From Burkholderiaceae bacterium (lineage in GTDB: Bacteria; Pseudomonadota; Gammaproteobacteria; Burkholderiales; Burkholderiaceae), in contig JBAXGQ010000002.1 of NCBI GenBank assembly GCA_037139315.1, positions 425-64,424 of the forward strand: DNA of 64,000 nucleotides, in the 5' to 3' direction. Of this stretch, positions 55,566-64,000 are shown piece after piece. The notes beneath the pieces are model-generated. The model saw nothing but the letters and a program-made list of their open reading frames with translations. It had not been told where the DNA came from and made no database searches. Numbering within the stretch: position 1 is the first letter of the stretch; each line of letters opens with the position of its first letter. Both the position numbers and the translations under genes were made by a program.

Positions 55566-56741
55566 CTATTCTTTCTTCGCCGACTTAGGTCGTTTACCAA
55601 TGGGCACTTGTAAATTGATTTCTTTTCCTTTGCGCAATATTTTTAAATTGGCCTGGTTACCCGGACCGAGTTGAGCAATCGCATTCAGAAGGGCGGTAGT
55701 GTCGGTAATGGGACGCTCATTTACCGCAATTAAAATATCTCCGGGCTTAACGCCACCGCGATCTGCTGGACCACCTTCTAAAACGCCCGACAATAAAACG
55801 CCAGTAGTTGTGCTGGGCAGGTTAAATGATTGAATTAATTCCTTAGATAAGTTTTGGGGCTCGACACCAATCCAGCCTCGCGTGACGCTGCCGTTGGTGA
55901 GAATCGATTCCATGACTTGTTTTGCTAAGTTCACTGGAATGGCAAAACCAATTCCCATTGAGCCGCCACTGCGCGAGTAGATTGCCGTGTTAATACCAAT
56001 TAAATGACCACGCGTATCCACTAAAGCGCCACCCGAATTGCCGGGATTAATCGCAGCATCGGTTTGAATAAAATTTTCGAAGGTATTGATACCTAAATGA
56101 TCGCGCCCAAGCGCCGAGACAATGCCAGAGGTCACTGTTTGTCCAACACCAAAGGGATTGCCAATCGCTAAGACGATATCGCCCACATGCACCGATTCTA
56201 TTTTCCCCAGGGTAATCGGTGGTGGTAATTGCTTTAGATCAATTTTAAGCACGGCAATATCGGTATCGGGGTCGCTACCAATTACTTTGGCTTTGGTTTT
56301 TCTGCCGTCTGATAAGGCAATGTCAATATCATCAGCGCCGGCAATAACATGGTGATTGGTAAGGATGACGCCTTCGGGACTCACCAAAACACCCGAACCT
56401 AAGCTGGTGCTGGGCTCATCTTCTGGCCCTTGTTCGCCAAAGAAAAATTGATACCAGGGTTCATTACGATGGGCATTATTTTTTCCATTTAGGCTTTTAG
56501 CCAGGGCCTTACTGCTAAAAATATTGACTACTGCCGGCATTGAACGTTTGGCTGCTTCGTAATGTGAGCCAGGGCTAATCGAGTGTCCGTCATAACTAGC
56601 TTCTTTAAGGCTGACGTTATCAACGAGAGAGCTAACTTGTACACCAGCTAGCCAACTGGGCTTGAGGGTTGCCACAATAAACCAAACGGCTAGCAAGACC
56701 GTAATTACTTGGGCAAATAAAAGCCAGAGGCGCTTCATCAT
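55566..56741 (-). CDS. Membrane-anchored HtrA-family serine protease with a single PDZ domain (DegS/AlgW-like)
   Basis: 391 aa; N-terminal TM anchor, catalytic His (TNHHVI), Asp (DIAVLK) and Ser (GNSGGAL), and one C-terminal PDZ domain. Confidence 0.88.
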   Translation of the reverse strand: MMKRLWLLFAQVITVLLAVWFIVATLKPSWLAGVQVSSLVDNVSLKEASYDGHSISPGSHYEAAKRSMPAVVNIFSSKALAKSLNGKNNAHRNEPWYQFFFGEQGPEDEPSTSLGSGVLVSPEGVILTNHHVIAGADDIDIALSDGRKTKAKVIGSDPDTDIAVLKIDLKQLPPPITLGKIESVHVGDIVLAIGNPFGVGQTVTSGIVSALGRDHLGINTFENFIQTDAAINPGNSGGALVDTRGHLIGINTAIYSRSGGSMGIGFAIPVNLAKQVMESILTNGSVTRGWIGVEPQNLSKELIQSFNLPSTTTGVLLSGVLEGGPADRGGVKPGDILIAVNERPITDTTALLNAIAQLGPGNQANLKILRKGKEINLQVPIGKRPKSAKKE

Positions 56742-56769
56742 CTCAATCCAAATTTAAGCAGTATGCAGC

Positions 56770-57207
56770 CTATTTTCTTAAACTGTCACGAATTTCGCGC
56801 AAGAGGGTAATGTCCTCTGGCTCAGGAGGCGGCTTAGCCGGGGCTTGCTCTGCGGCATCGCTTAAGCGTACGCGATTCACGATCTTGACCATCTGAAAAA
56901 TGACAAAGGCCAACAAAATAAAGTTAATTGAAATGGTAATGAAATTACCATAAGCAAAGAGAGGGACTCCCGCTTTCTTCAATGCTTCGTAAGTACGGGG
57001 CACACCTTCAGGAGCTTGTCCTAAAATAAAAAAGAGATTGGTAAAGTCAATTCTGCCCCCAAGCAAAGTAGAGAGCAGGGGCATCACCAGATCATTAACC
57101 AATGAATCGACTATTTTGGCAAAAGCAGCGCCAATAATGACACCCACGGCCAAGTCAATCACGCTCCCTTTAACCGCAAATTCGCGAAACTCTTTTAAGA
57201 CACCCAT
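56770..57207 (-). CDS. mscL: Large-conductance mechanosensitive channel
   Basis: 145 aa; [23 protein letters not shown] is the MscL signature. Confidence 0.96.
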   Translation of the reverse strand: MGVLKEFREFAVKGSVIDLAVGVIIGAAFAKIVDSLVNDLVMPLLSTLLGGRIDFTNLFFILGQAPEGVPRTYEALKKAGVPLFAYGNFITISINFILLAFVIFQMVKIVNRVRLSDAAEQAPAKPPPEPEDITLLREIRDSLRK

Positions 57208-57322
57208 ACATAATTCCTTTTCAGTTAACAGTATGTTTAACGCATAAAACCCCTTTTTACTTTAAAATGAGCGTTTTGAGCAATTTTTACCTATAAAAAG
57301 TATTTTTCAAGGAATTGTGTAA

Positions 57323-57925
57323 ATGAGTGACAAGCCTAGTACCGATAAAGATCGGCGGAATTGGTTAATTGCCACCTCTGTCGTAGGGGGAATTGGTGGG
57401 GCAGTTGTCATTGTGCCTTTTGTAATAAGTTTCGAACCATCCGAGCGTGCCAAGGCTGCAGGGGCCCCTGTCGAGGTCGACATCAGCGGTATGAAGCCTG
57501 ATGAGGTCAGAACCGTTGAATGGCGTGGTAAGCCAGTATGGGTGGTAAGGCGCACCCCAGAGCAGGTAGCCGAGTTACCCAAAAACGATCCCGAGCTGGC
57601 TGACCCGAATTCTTTGCGCAATCAAGATACCCTCACACCGCCTTATGCGCGCAACCAATATCGTTCGATTAAGCCCGAATATTTTGTTACGGTGGGTATT
57701 TGTACTCATTTAGGCTGCGCCCCTTCGGCTAAATTTGAGTCGGGCGCCCAACCTTCTTTGCCCAATAATTGGCCTGGTGGTTGGTTATGCCCCTGCCATG
57801 GCTCTACATTCGATTTTGCTGGCCGAGTCTACAAAAATAAGCCCGCTCCCGATAATCTCGAAGTGCCACCCCATAAGTACTTAAGCGATACCAGGATTTT
57901 AATTGGTGATGATGCAAAAGCCTAA
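57323..57925 (+). CDS. petA: Cytochrome bc1 Rieske iron-sulfur subunit
   Basis: 200 aa; Tat-like N-terminus (RRNWLIA) and Rieske boxes CTHLGC and CPCHGS. Confidence 0.95.
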   Translation: MSDKPSTDKDRRNWLIATSVVGGIGGAVVIVPFVISFEPSERAKAAGAPVEVDISGMKPDEVRTVEWRGKPVWVVRRTPEQVAELPKNDPELADPNSLRNQDTLTPPYARNQYRSIKPEYFVTVGICTHLGCAPSAKFESGAQPSLPNNWPGGWLCPCHGSTFDFAGRVYKNKPAPDNLEVPPHKYLSDTRILIGDDAKA

Positions 57926-57947
57926 CTAGAAAGCTCAGGAGAAATAC

Positions 57948-59348
57948 ATGGCATTCCATGAAATAAAAGTCCCAGACAATGCGCCAGTAGCGCAAAAATT
58001 GCTGGCTTGGGTTGATTCACGTTTTCCTTTATCGTCAACCATTAAGGCTCACCTTACGGGTTACTATGCCCCTAAAAATCTGAATTTTTGGTATGTCTTT
58101 GGCGCTCTTGCAATCGTAGTTTTAGCCAATCAAATCATTACCGGTATTTTCTTAACGATGAATTACAAACCCGATGCCGCTAAAGCATTTCAGTCGGTTG
58201 AATACATCATGCGTGAAGTACCATTCGGTTGGTTAATTCGTTACATGCATTCAACAGGCGCCTCGATGTTTTTCATCGTGGTTTACTTGCATATGTTCCG
58301 CGGGATGATTTACGGCTCTTATCGCAAACCTCGCGAACTAATTTGGATTTTTGGCACAGCTATCTTTTTGTGCTTAATGGGCGAAGCCTTTTTTGGCTAC
58401 CTCTTACCTTGGGGGCAAATGTCATATTGGGGCGCGCAAGTAATCGTTAACTTATTCTCAGCGATTCCCCTAATTGGTCCAGATCTGTCATTGTGGTTGC
58501 GTGGCGATTATGTAGTGGGCGATGCAACCTTAAATCGCTTTTTTGCTTTTCACGTCATTGCGCTTCCATTAGTTTTGGTTGGCTTAGTCGCGGCACACAT
58601 TGTGGCTTTACATGAAGTGGGCTCAAATAATCCCGATGGCGTGGAAATTAAAGAAACACTCGATGCAGAGGGACATCCCGTTGATGGCGTACCTTTTCAT
58701 CCTTTTTATACTGTGCATGATGTGATGGCGCTGAGTATATTTTTAATTATCTTTGCGTTAATTGTCTTTTTTGCTCCCGAGATGGGCGGGTACTTTATCG
58801 AAGCGAATAATTTTATCCCCGCAAATCCATTTCAAACCCCAGCACACATTGCCCCAGTTTGGTATTTCACGCCTTTCTACTCGATGTTGCGTGCCACTAC
58901 CACTAGCTTCTTAATTCCTTTATGGATCTTTTTTGCAGTGATTTTAGGAATGGCAGCGTTGCGCGCGAAGGCATTTACAGTGAAAGTGGGCTGTGCTTTG
59001 GTATTGGTAGTATTGGCAGTTAGCTTTTATTATCTGGATGCCAAATTTTGGGGCGTCGTCATTATGGGCGGTTCAGTTGTAGTGATTTTCTTTCTCCCTT
59101 GGCTTGATCACTCTAAGGTCAAATCAATTCGCTATCGCCCCAATTTTCATAAATATATCTATGGCACCTTTGTGATCAGTTTTATTATTTTGGGCTACTT
59201 GGGCATTCAGCCACCATCTCCTGTGTTTGAAAAAATTTCTCAGATTTGTACTTTATATTATCTGGGCTTTTTTCTGGCAATGCCTTTTTGGAGTCAGCTT
59301 GGTGAGTTCAAGCCTGTTCCAAGCCGCGTCACTTTTCAGCCCCATTAA
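57948..59348 (+). CDS. petB: Cytochrome b
   Basis: 466 aa, multi-pass; WLIRYMHSTGASMFF...YGSY...SYWGAQV and PEWYF-type APVWYFTPFY. Confidence 0.96.
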   Translation: MAFHEIKVPDNAPVAQKLLAWVDSRFPLSSTIKAHLTGYYAPKNLNFWYVFGALAIVVLANQIITGIFLTMNYKPDAAKAFQSVEYIMREVPFGWLIRYMHSTGASMFFIVVYLHMFRGMIYGSYRKPRELIWIFGTAIFLCLMGEAFFGYLLPWGQMSYWGAQVIVNLFSAIPLIGPDLSLWLRGDYVVGDATLNRFFAFHVIALPLVLVGLVAAHIVALHEVGSNNPDGVEIKETLDAEGHPVDGVPFHPFYTVHDVMALSIFLIIFALIVFFAPEMGGYFIEANNFIPANPFQTPAHIAPVWYFTPFYSMLRATTTSFLIPLWIFFAVILGMAALRAKAFTVKVGCALVLVVLAVSFYYLDAKFWGVVIMGGSVVVIFFLPWLDHSKVKSIRYRPNFHKYIYGTFVISFIILGYLGIQPPSPVFEKISQICTLYYLGFFLAMPFWSQLGEFKPVPSRVTFQPH

Positions 59349-59378
59349 TTGGACTATAGAGAATAATCAGGAACTAGC

Positions 59379-60158
59379 ATGCATTCGATTCTGTCAATCT
59401 TCACCACCATTTGCCGAACTAGTGCTTTAATAGCGGCCTGTAGTTTTTTATTGGCCGCAGAAGTTAGCGCCGATGAAGCGGGCTTTCCTCTCGATGCCGC
59501 ACCCCAGAGAGTGAGCAATCATGCCTCACTGCAAAACGGCGCCAAGCTCTATGTCAACTATTGCGCAGGTTGTCATTCGGCTGAAGCGGTTCGCTATAGT
59601 AGCTTGCGCGATATTGGCCTAACTGATCAGCAAATTAAAGATAATTTAATTTTAAATGGCGCCAAATTGGGCGACTTAATGACTATCTCCATGTCTCCGA
59701 CAGATGCTAAAGAGTGGTTCGGTAAAGCACCACCTGATTTATCGGTTGAAGCACGCGCTCGGGGAACAGATTGGATTTATACCTATTTACGGACTTTTTA
59801 TAAAGATGATTCAACTCCAACGGGGTGGAATAATTTGGTCTACCCCAATGTGGGAATGCCCCATGCGCTATGGCAATTGCAGGGTGAACGGGGGGCTAAA
59901 TTTGCCGAAATCAAAGACCCGCACGACCCCGCAAGAACGGAAAAAAAGTTCATTGGCTTTGAGCAAATCACCCCCGGAACCATGAAGACTGCAGAATACG
60001 ACGATAATATGGCAGACTTAGTCGCATTCATGTCCTGGATGGCCGAACCAGTGCAACTAGAGCGTAAGCGTCTGGGTGTCTTGGTAGTCTTATTTTTGGC
60101 GCTATTTGCTGTCTTGGCATGGCGCCTGAATAAGGCCTATTGGAAAAATATTCACTAA
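59379..60158 (+). CDS. petC: Cytochrome c1
   Basis: 259 aa; signal peptide, haem site CAGCHS, PPDLS motif and a C-terminal TM anchor. Confidence 0.93.
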   Translation: MHSILSIFTTICRTSALIAACSFLLAAEVSADEAGFPLDAAPQRVSNHASLQNGAKLYVNYCAGCHSAEAVRYSSLRDIGLTDQQIKDNLILNGAKLGDLMTISMSPTDAKEWFGKAPPDLSVEARARGTDWIYTYLRTFYKDDSTPTGWNNLVYPNVGMPHALWQLQGERGAKFAEIKDPHDPARTEKKFIGFEQITPGTMKTAEYDDNMADLVAFMSWMAEPVQLERKRLGVLVVLFLALFAVLAWRLNKAYWKNIH

Positions 60159-60182
60159 GTTATTTTTTAAGGAAATTTGCAT

Positions 60183-60794
60183 ATGATGGTGTTGTACTCG
60201 GGCACAAACTGCCCATTCTCGCAACGCTGCCGCCTGGTGTTATTCGAAAAAGGTATGGATTTTGAGATTCGCGATGTTGACTTGTTCAACAAACCCGAAG
60301 ATATCTCAGTCATGAACCCTTACGCACAGGTACCCATTTTGGTTGAACGGGATTTGATTTTGTATGAATCTAACATCATCAATGAATATATCGATGAGCG
60401 TTTTCCACATCCCCAATTAATGCCACCCGACCCTGTTGCACGTGCGCGCGCCAGGCTATTCCTCTTTAATTTTGAAAAAGAGTTATTTATTCATGTCATT
60501 GGCTTGGAAAATGAAAAAGGTAAGGCTGCAGAAAAGTTACACGATAAAGCCCGCCTGGCAATCCGTGATCGCTTAACGCAGTTAGCCCCAATCTTTATCA
60601 AGAATAAGTACATGTTAGGTGATGATTTTTCCATGCTTGACGTAGCTATCGCGCCGCTGTTGTGGCGTCTTGAGCACTATGGCATTGATTTATCGCGTAA
60701 CGCTGCGCCTTTGCTTAAGTATGCCGAACGTATTTTCAGTCGCCCAGCTTATATTGAGGCTTTAACTCCATCCGAAAAAGTCATGCGTCGTTAA
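60183..60794 (+). CDS. sspA: Stringent starvation protein A (GST-like)
   Basis: MMVLYSG...PFSQRCRLVLFEKG...ESNIINEYIDERFPHPQLMP matches SspA. ATG 60183 has better spacing from the AAGGAAA Shine-Dalgarno than the TTG at 60177. Confidence 0.92.
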   Translation: MMVLYSGTNCPFSQRCRLVLFEKGMDFEIRDVDLFNKPEDISVMNPYAQVPILVERDLILYESNIINEYIDERFPHPQLMPPDPVARARARLFLFNFEKELFIHVIGLENEKGKAAEKLHDKARLAIRDRLTQLAPIFIKNKYMLGDDFSMLDVAIAPLLWRLEHYGIDLSRNAAPLLKYAERIFSRPAYIEALTPSEKVMRR

Positions 60795-60843
60795 GCAGTA
60801 TTAGACTCAGACCTAAACTAGGGGTTTTGTACCCGTCGAACAT

Positions 60844-61245
60844 ATGGCCGATCACACCCCTAGTACCAAACCCTATTTAATTCGCGCACTACATCAGTGG
60901 TGTAGCGATTTTGGTTTTACCCCATTCATTGCAGTTTTTGTAGATCAGCAGGTTGAAGTACCAATGGAGTTTGTTAAAAATGATGAGATTGTTTTAAATC
61001 TCTCAACTGAAGCATGCCATGAATTACAGCTTGAAAATGATTGGATTAGTTTCCAAGCCCGCTTTAGTGGTGTACCTAAAAAAGTCTTTGTACCCATTTC
61101 ACATGTCTTAGCAATTTATGCGCGCGAAAATGGTCAAGGGATGTCCTTTCCTTTTGAAGCAATCACCCCAGATACTACTGCGGATGCTACCAGTAAAAGT
61201 AAGCAAACTACGCCTAGCCGACCAAGCTTAAAAATTGTTAAGTAA
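60844..61245 (+). CDS. sspB: ClpXP adaptor / stringent starvation protein B
   Basis: 133 aa; KPYLIRALHQWCSDFGFTPFIAV...VLNLS...FSGVPKKVFVPISHVLAIYARENG matches SspB. Confidence 0.92.
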   Translation: MADHTPSTKPYLIRALHQWCSDFGFTPFIAVFVDQQVEVPMEFVKNDEIVLNLSTEACHELQLENDWISFQARFSGVPKKVFVPISHVLAIYARENGQGMSFPFEAITPDTTADATSKSKQTTPSRPSLKIVK

Positions 61246-61251
61246 TGTCTA

Positions 61252-62013
61252 ATGAGCATGGATATGCAGATGCAGCTGCCTCCCTTATTAATTACTTCGG
61301 CTATTACGATTGCTGATCAGCAACCCGTTATTGGCGATCCTGATGAGCGCTTGCGACTTACTTTAGTTGCGATTGGTAAATGGCTACAGCTTGCGCCAGA
61401 GATTCAAATGGTGATTTGCGATGGTTCTAATTTTGACTTATCTAACATTATGCGCACCCATTTTCCCCAAGCGAAAATTGAATGCCTCTATTTTCAAAAT
61501 GATGCTGCTCTTGTTGCTAAGCTTGGTAAAGGGTATGGTGAAGGTGAAATCATTAACTATGCTTTAGATCATTCTAAGCACTTGCAGGCAGCTAGTTTTT
61601 TTATTAAGTGCACCTCAAAAGTGTGGATAAAAAACTTTTCAGCTTGCCTACGGTATTGGAATGGCAGATTTATTTGTAATGCTGATTTTTCGAATGTGAC
61701 GAAATTTAAGCCCTATACCTTAAACCATATTGATACCCGTTTTTTTATCGTTGATAAGGCGTTTTATCGCGAAACTTTCGCGCAAGCCTATTTACAGGTT
61801 AATGATCCTCTGCGGCAGACAATTGAACAATGCTTCAAAAAAATCGTTTTAGAAAAAAAACTCCAAGGATTTATATTGCCAATTTGGCCGGCTTTAGCCG
61901 GTTTTGCTGGTTCAACTGGTGAAGACTACGAGCTTTCACGTTTAGGCATTTGGAAGGAAGATTTCAAGCGTATGGTGCTCCGTTGGCGCTCGCCCTTGGT
62001 AGCACATAAGTAG
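61252..62013 (+). CDS. Hypothetical protein, possibly a divergent GT-A (nucleotide-sugar transferase)-like fold
   Basis: 253 aa, starting 6 bp after the sspB stop. The strand-helix-strand pattern LLITSAI...RLRLTLVAIGKWL...IQMVICDGSNFD and the later GKGYGEGEIINYAL resemble the layout of GT2-type N-terminal halves. No DxD motif is seen, so the fold call is inference only. Confidence 0.5.
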   Translation: MSMDMQMQLPPLLITSAITIADQQPVIGDPDERLRLTLVAIGKWLQLAPEIQMVICDGSNFDLSNIMRTHFPQAKIECLYFQNDAALVAKLGKGYGEGEIINYALDHSKHLQAASFFIKCTSKVWIKNFSACLRYWNGRFICNADFSNVTKFKPYTLNHIDTRFFIVDKAFYRETFAQAYLQVNDPLRQTIEQCFKKIVLEKKLQGFILPIWPALAGFAGSTGEDYELSRLGIWKEDFKRMVLRWRSPLVAHK

Positions 62014-62029
62014 TTTAAAATGGCTACAT

Positions 62030-62105
62030 GCCCCATTAGCTCATCTGGTAGAGCAACTGATTTGTAATCAGTAGGTGGTCTGTTCGAGTCGGACATGGGG
62101 CACCA
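62030..62105 (+). tRNA. tRNA-Thr (anticodon UGU)
   Basis: 76-nt cloverleaf. Acceptor stem GCCCCAT/ATGGGGC, D arm GCTC/GAGC, anticodon stem ACTGA/TCAGT with loop TTTGTAA (TGT at 62063-62065), T arm GTCTG-TTCGAGT-CGGAC, discriminator A and an encoded CCA. Confidence 0.93.
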
Positions 62106-62131
62106 CTTTTTTCGATTGAAAATTACTACCC

Positions 62132-64000
62132 ATGGCTAGCGAGTTTGAGACCATTACCGGAATTGGCATTCAATGTGCTCAGGCTGGTAAAAACCAAGAA
62201 GCGCTTGAGTGGTTTACAAAAGGGGTAGCCTTAAGCCCTAAATCAGCGCTCGCTTATCTCTATCAAGCAAATGCCTATAGCGCTCTAGGAAATTTAGCGG
62301 CTGCGTTAAAAAGCTATAACAAGGCAATTGATTTAAATCCGCAATTTGTTGAGGCTTATAACAATCTTGGTTTGTTATTAATTCAACAGAACGATTATCG
62401 CAATGCCTTAATTTATTTTGCGCAAGCAATTCGGGTTGATGCCCAATTTTGTGAGGCTTATCTGAACCAAGGCTTCGCTTTATTTGCCTTGGGCGAGTAT
62501 GCCGCAGCGGTACAAAGTTATGAAAAAGCACTCCAACTGCAACCAAATCATGCGCTTGCTTATAATAATTTAGGCAATACTTACAAGGCCTTAGAAAAAC
62601 CGCTGGAGGCATTGCAGTGTTACGAAAAAGCGCTTGAAATAAATCCCGGCCTTGCCGACCCTTGGTATAACCGCGGTATTTTATTGGGGGATATGGGTCA
62701 AGAGCAGGAGGGCACTCTTAGTTGCGATAAAGCGCTAGCGATTAACCCGCAGTTAGCGCGCGCCAAGTGGGCAAGAACCTTTCTCCAAATTCCACAAATT
62801 GCGGCTTTTGACGTCGATCCACAAATTGCTCGCACCCAATTTACAGCTAGCCTAGGGGCATTAGACGCTTGGTTTGCTGCGCGTGAAAGCAATACCAGCA
62901 GTCCGCTAGGGATTGCGGTTGGACCCGATGTGGTGGGTAGCTTTCAACCGTTTTATTTGGCTTATCAAGCAGAAAACAATCGTCAATTAATGGCCACCTA
63001 TGGTCAGTTATGCCGTCGTTTAATGGCAAATTGGGAGCAAAGCCAGGGTTACAAAGCCCGCGATTTTGCGGTCCGCGGACGAATCCGTTTGGGCATTGTG
63101 AGCCATTATTTATGCGACCACCCTGTATGGAATGCTTTTTTAAGAGGCCTTGCACACCATTTAAAGCGTAGCGAATTTGAATTAATTTTCTTTTATTTAG
63201 GGCGGGTGCACGATCAAGAAACGCAACTAGCACGCTCTTTAGCAACTTCATTTATTGAGGGTAAGACGGCAGTAAGCGATTGGGCTGAAACGATCTTAGC
63301 CCAACAAGTTGAAGTCTTAATTTATCCCGATGTTGGCATGGATCAAATGACAACCAAACTGGCCAGCTTACGATTGGCACCATTGCAACTGGTGATGTGG
63401 GGGCATCCAGAAACCACCGGTTTACCGACGATGGACTATTTTGTTTCGGCACAGTGTTTTGAAAATGCGGCTTCGCCCAATAACTATTCAGAACAATTAT
63501 TGGCCTTGTCAAATTTAGGCTGTTGCTATGAGCGGCTGAGTGTCAATCCCACTGAAGTGAATTTAGCGCACTTTGGCATCAATACAAAATTACCCATTTT
63601 GGTTTGTCCAGGCAGCATTTTTAAATATGCTGCGCAATTCGACTGTGTTTTGGTAGAAATTGCCCGTCGCTTAGGGGCCTGCCAGTTCGTCTTTTTTGTG
63701 GCGAGTAGCAAAGCCAATTTAACAGCGCGCTTTGAGGCACGGCTAACCCAAGCCTTTGCTAAGGAGCAACTGCAGTTAAGTGATTACGTAGTATTTATTC
63801 CTTGGCTTGAGCGCCCAGATTTTTTTAGCCTGATGCAGCAGGCCGATGTATTTTTAGATACGCTGGGATTTTCTGGTTTCAATACCGCCATGCAAGCCAT
63901 TGAATGTGATTTACCGATCGTAACGATGGCCGGAGAATTTATGCGCGGACGGCTTGCTGCTGGAATTTTACAGCGCATTAATTTGCCTGAATTAATCACC
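62132..64000 (+). CDS. TPR-repeat protein fused to an O-GlcNAc-transferase-like (GT41/SPINDLY family) domain; 3' end lies outside the window
   Basis: This gene is not in the ORF track because there is no stop within the window. It is open for 623 codons from ATG 62132. The N-terminal about 200 aa are TPR units (AYNNLGLLLIQQNDYRNALIYFAQAI, AYNNLGNTYKALEKPLEALQCYEKAL). The C-terminal part (IRLGIVSHYL..., VMWGHPETTGLPTMDYF, DTLGFSGFNTAMQAI) resembles the COG3914 SPY-type catalytic domain. Confidence 0.8.
   Translation, partial: MASEFETITGIGIQCAQAGKNQEALEWFTKGVALSPKSALAYLYQANAYSALGNLAAALKSYNKAIDLNPQFVEAYNNLGLLLIQQNDYRNALIYFAQAIRVDAQFCEAYLNQGFALFALGEYAAAVQSYEKALQLQPNHALAYNNLGNTYKALEKPLEALQCYEKALEINPGLADPWYNRGILLGDMGQEQEGTLSCDKALAINPQLARAKWARTFLQIPQIAAFDVDPQIARTQFTASLGALDAWFAARESNTSSPLGIAVGPDVVGSFQPFYLAYQAENNRQLMATYGQLCRRLMANWEQSQGYKARDFAVRGRIRLGIVSHYLCDHPVWNAFLRGLAHHLKRSEFELIFFYLGRVHDQETQLARSLATSFIEGKTAVSDWAETILAQQVEVLIYPDVGMDQMTTKLASLRLAPLQLVMWGHPETTGLPTMDYFVSAQCFENAASPNNYSEQLLALSNLGCCYERLSVNPTEVNLAHFGINTKLPILVCPGSIFKYAAQFDCVLVEIARRLGACQFVFFVASSKANLTARFEARLTQAFAKEQLQLSDYVVFIPWLERPDFFSLMQQADVFLDTLGFSGFNTAMQAIECDLPIVTMAGEFMRGRLAAGILQRINLPELIT

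Noticed and set aside
62238-63999. A chain of minus-strand ORFs (62238-62612, 62698-62892, 62847-63251, 63252-63512, 63526-63717, 63784-63999).
   Set aside because: They are fragmented shadows of the single uninterrupted plus-strand TPR-GT41 frame (62132 to the window end). That frame gives clean TPR consensus repeats.

Overview
This window is almost entirely core chromosome from a moderately low-GC betaproteobacterium. Gene order and protein sequences look Burkholderiales-like; a Polynucleobacter-type genome is my guess only. Gene content by region:
- 1-13.6 kb: the S10/spc/alpha ribosomal-protein cluster, from rplC (partial) to rplQ, including secY, infA, rpmJ and rpoA.
- 13.7-26.6 kb: dsbD, hemB, engB, a di-haem cytochrome c4, lysA with the small lipoprotein lptM, cyaY, aroB-aroK, a reduced secretin locus, mrcA, and a single-copy IS200-like HUH (Y1) protein.
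- 26.7-40 kb: gltBD, the mlaFEDACB cluster, an ABC-2 exporter pair, a bolA-like gene and murA.
- 40-48.9 kb: the his genes hisGD, hisC (inverted) and hisBHAFIE, then a HIT-family gene and tatABC.
- 48.9-62 kb: an orphan Sel1-repeat protein, a porin, gltIJKL, a DegS/AlgW-like protease, mscL, petABC, sspAB and a 253-aa unknown.
- 62-64 kb: tRNA-Thr(UGU) and a TPR + GT41 (SPINDLY-like) glycosyltransferase gene that runs off the 3' end of the window.

I saw no CRISPR array, prophage, complete IS element, toxin-antitoxin pair or recognisable defence gene, and no clear-cut novel system. The candidates most worth a second look are:
- the two-gene secretin locus that replaces pilMNOPQ/hofMNOPQ;
- the unknown 253-aa gene, tRNA-Thr and TPR-GT41 gene at the 3' end;
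- the HUH protein with an adjacent hairpin;
- the inverted hisC;
- the cytoplasmic Sel1-repeat protein;
- three unusually long non-coding spacers.

All functional calls rest on my recognition of conserved motifs and synteny. No database search was run.
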